IMG/VR virus record: IMGVR_UViG_3300031867_000037
Span: 10,317 to 74,316 of that record
Length of the DNA stretch: 64,000 nt
Strand: one strand, 5' to 3'
Source of the DNA: a virus
Taxonomy: Duplodnaviria; Caudoviricetes
Below are positions 63,411-64,000 of the stretch, one piece after another. Numbering within the stretch: the stretch's first letter is position 1; each line of letters begins with the position of its first letter. A program made the translations under genes and the position numbers. The notes below the pieces were generated by a model that ran no database searches, was not told where the DNA came from, and worked only from the letters and a program-made list of their open reading frames with translations.

Positions 63411-63693
63411 AGAAGCAATCAAACACACTGAGTATATCGTGAATAATCGTAAGGATGCAATCTCAGTGTGTTGGAGCGTGAGAGAATGCGAACAGCTTGC
63501 CGCATGGCTCCGTGAACTGAAGGAGCGCAGGAAAGCACCGGAGATTGTGCGGTGCGGTGAGTGCAGGCACCGTGACCCCGAAGATAAGAAATGTGATTGC
63601 GGACATGACATTATCTGGCAGTTACCGAGGGGCGATGACTGGTATTGCGCAGATGCGGAAAGGAGAACCGATGGCGAAAATTTACCAGAATAA
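63394..63693 (+). CDS. modular phage protein with C-terminal CxxC module
   Basis: TLEEAIKH, CEQLAAWLRELK, VRCGEC, YCADAERR. Confidence 0.7.
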   Translation: MSRTLEEAIKHTEYIVNNRKDAISVCWSVRECEQLAAWLRELKERRKAPEIVRCGECRHRDPEDKKCDCGHDIIWQLPRGDDWYCADAERRTDGENLPE

Positions 63694-63952
63694 ATATGCC
63701 GGATTTGAAACATATTTTGTTCCTCTTTATCCGGTGAAGACAAGGGGGATTGAGGCAAGAAAGGTGGGTGGATATGGAATCACTTGTGTTAATGGCAGAT
63801 GGAGATGCGAGAAAACGGAGTATTACAGGCTAAGTTTGTCGGATGCAGATTCGTTTCCCGTGGTCGGTAATGTCGAGATAGACATTAATCGCTACGTCAA
63901 AGATGCGATACTTGATGCGTTAGAAATGGCGGAAAGGAGAACCGATGGCTGA
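63671..63952 (+). CDS. hypothetical protein
   Basis: AAAGGAG RBS in the repeated junction. Confidence 0.65.
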   Translation: MAKIYQNKYAGFETYFVPLYPVKTRGIEARKVGGYGITCVNGRWRCEKTEYYRLSLSDADSFPVVGNVEIDINRYVKDAILDALEMAERRTDG

Positions 63953-64000
63953 TATTGGAGATATTTGTGATTACTGCCCCGATGAAGAACACGACTGCAT

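Noticed and set aside
1-64000. Stop-codon reassignment
   Set aside because: Genes are intact under code 11, TAG and TGA are both used as stops, and no suppressor tRNA is present.

Overview
The window is most of a tailed-phage genome (siphovirus-type, about 35-40% GC by eye). Host inference from promoter and RBS style, a SpoIIID-like gene and the lysin type: a Firmicutes host, probably Lachnospiraceae/Clostridia. No integrase, DNA polymerase or primase is visible, so part of the genome lies outside the window. Layout: (1) 1-14.9 kb rightward: recombination, nucleotide and clamp-loader genes (Cas4-like, RecU, DUF5664, ThyX-like, RecA, DnaX/HolB/HolA, SpoIIID-like). It is interrupted at 5.8-7.7 kb by an RNA island with two normal tRNAs, several tRNA-shaped RNAs with rebuilt anticodon arms and a candidate GOLLD-type large RNA, which contains a pseudo-symmetric 'double tRNA' sharing one anticodon stem. 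(2) 14.9-22.4 kb leftward: small early genes separated by six long hairpins, with a CodY-box-like tandem array. (3) 22.4-24.1 kb non-coding: a ~700-nt structured boxA-containing leader, repeats matching a palindrome inside the rep gene, and a probable pac/ori region. (4) 24.1-49.7 kb: packaging, lysis (endolysin with a circularly permuted CHAP domain, placed between terS and terL), head, tail and a cassette-like receptor-binding gene. (5) 49.8-53.6 kb: an uncharacterised peptidase + Gln/Asn/Gly/Cys-rich + BclA-C-like operon. (6) 53.6-64 kb: SprT, SNF2, Rep/DnaC/DnaB and modular small ORFs. All family assignments come from motif recognition by eye; no searches were run.
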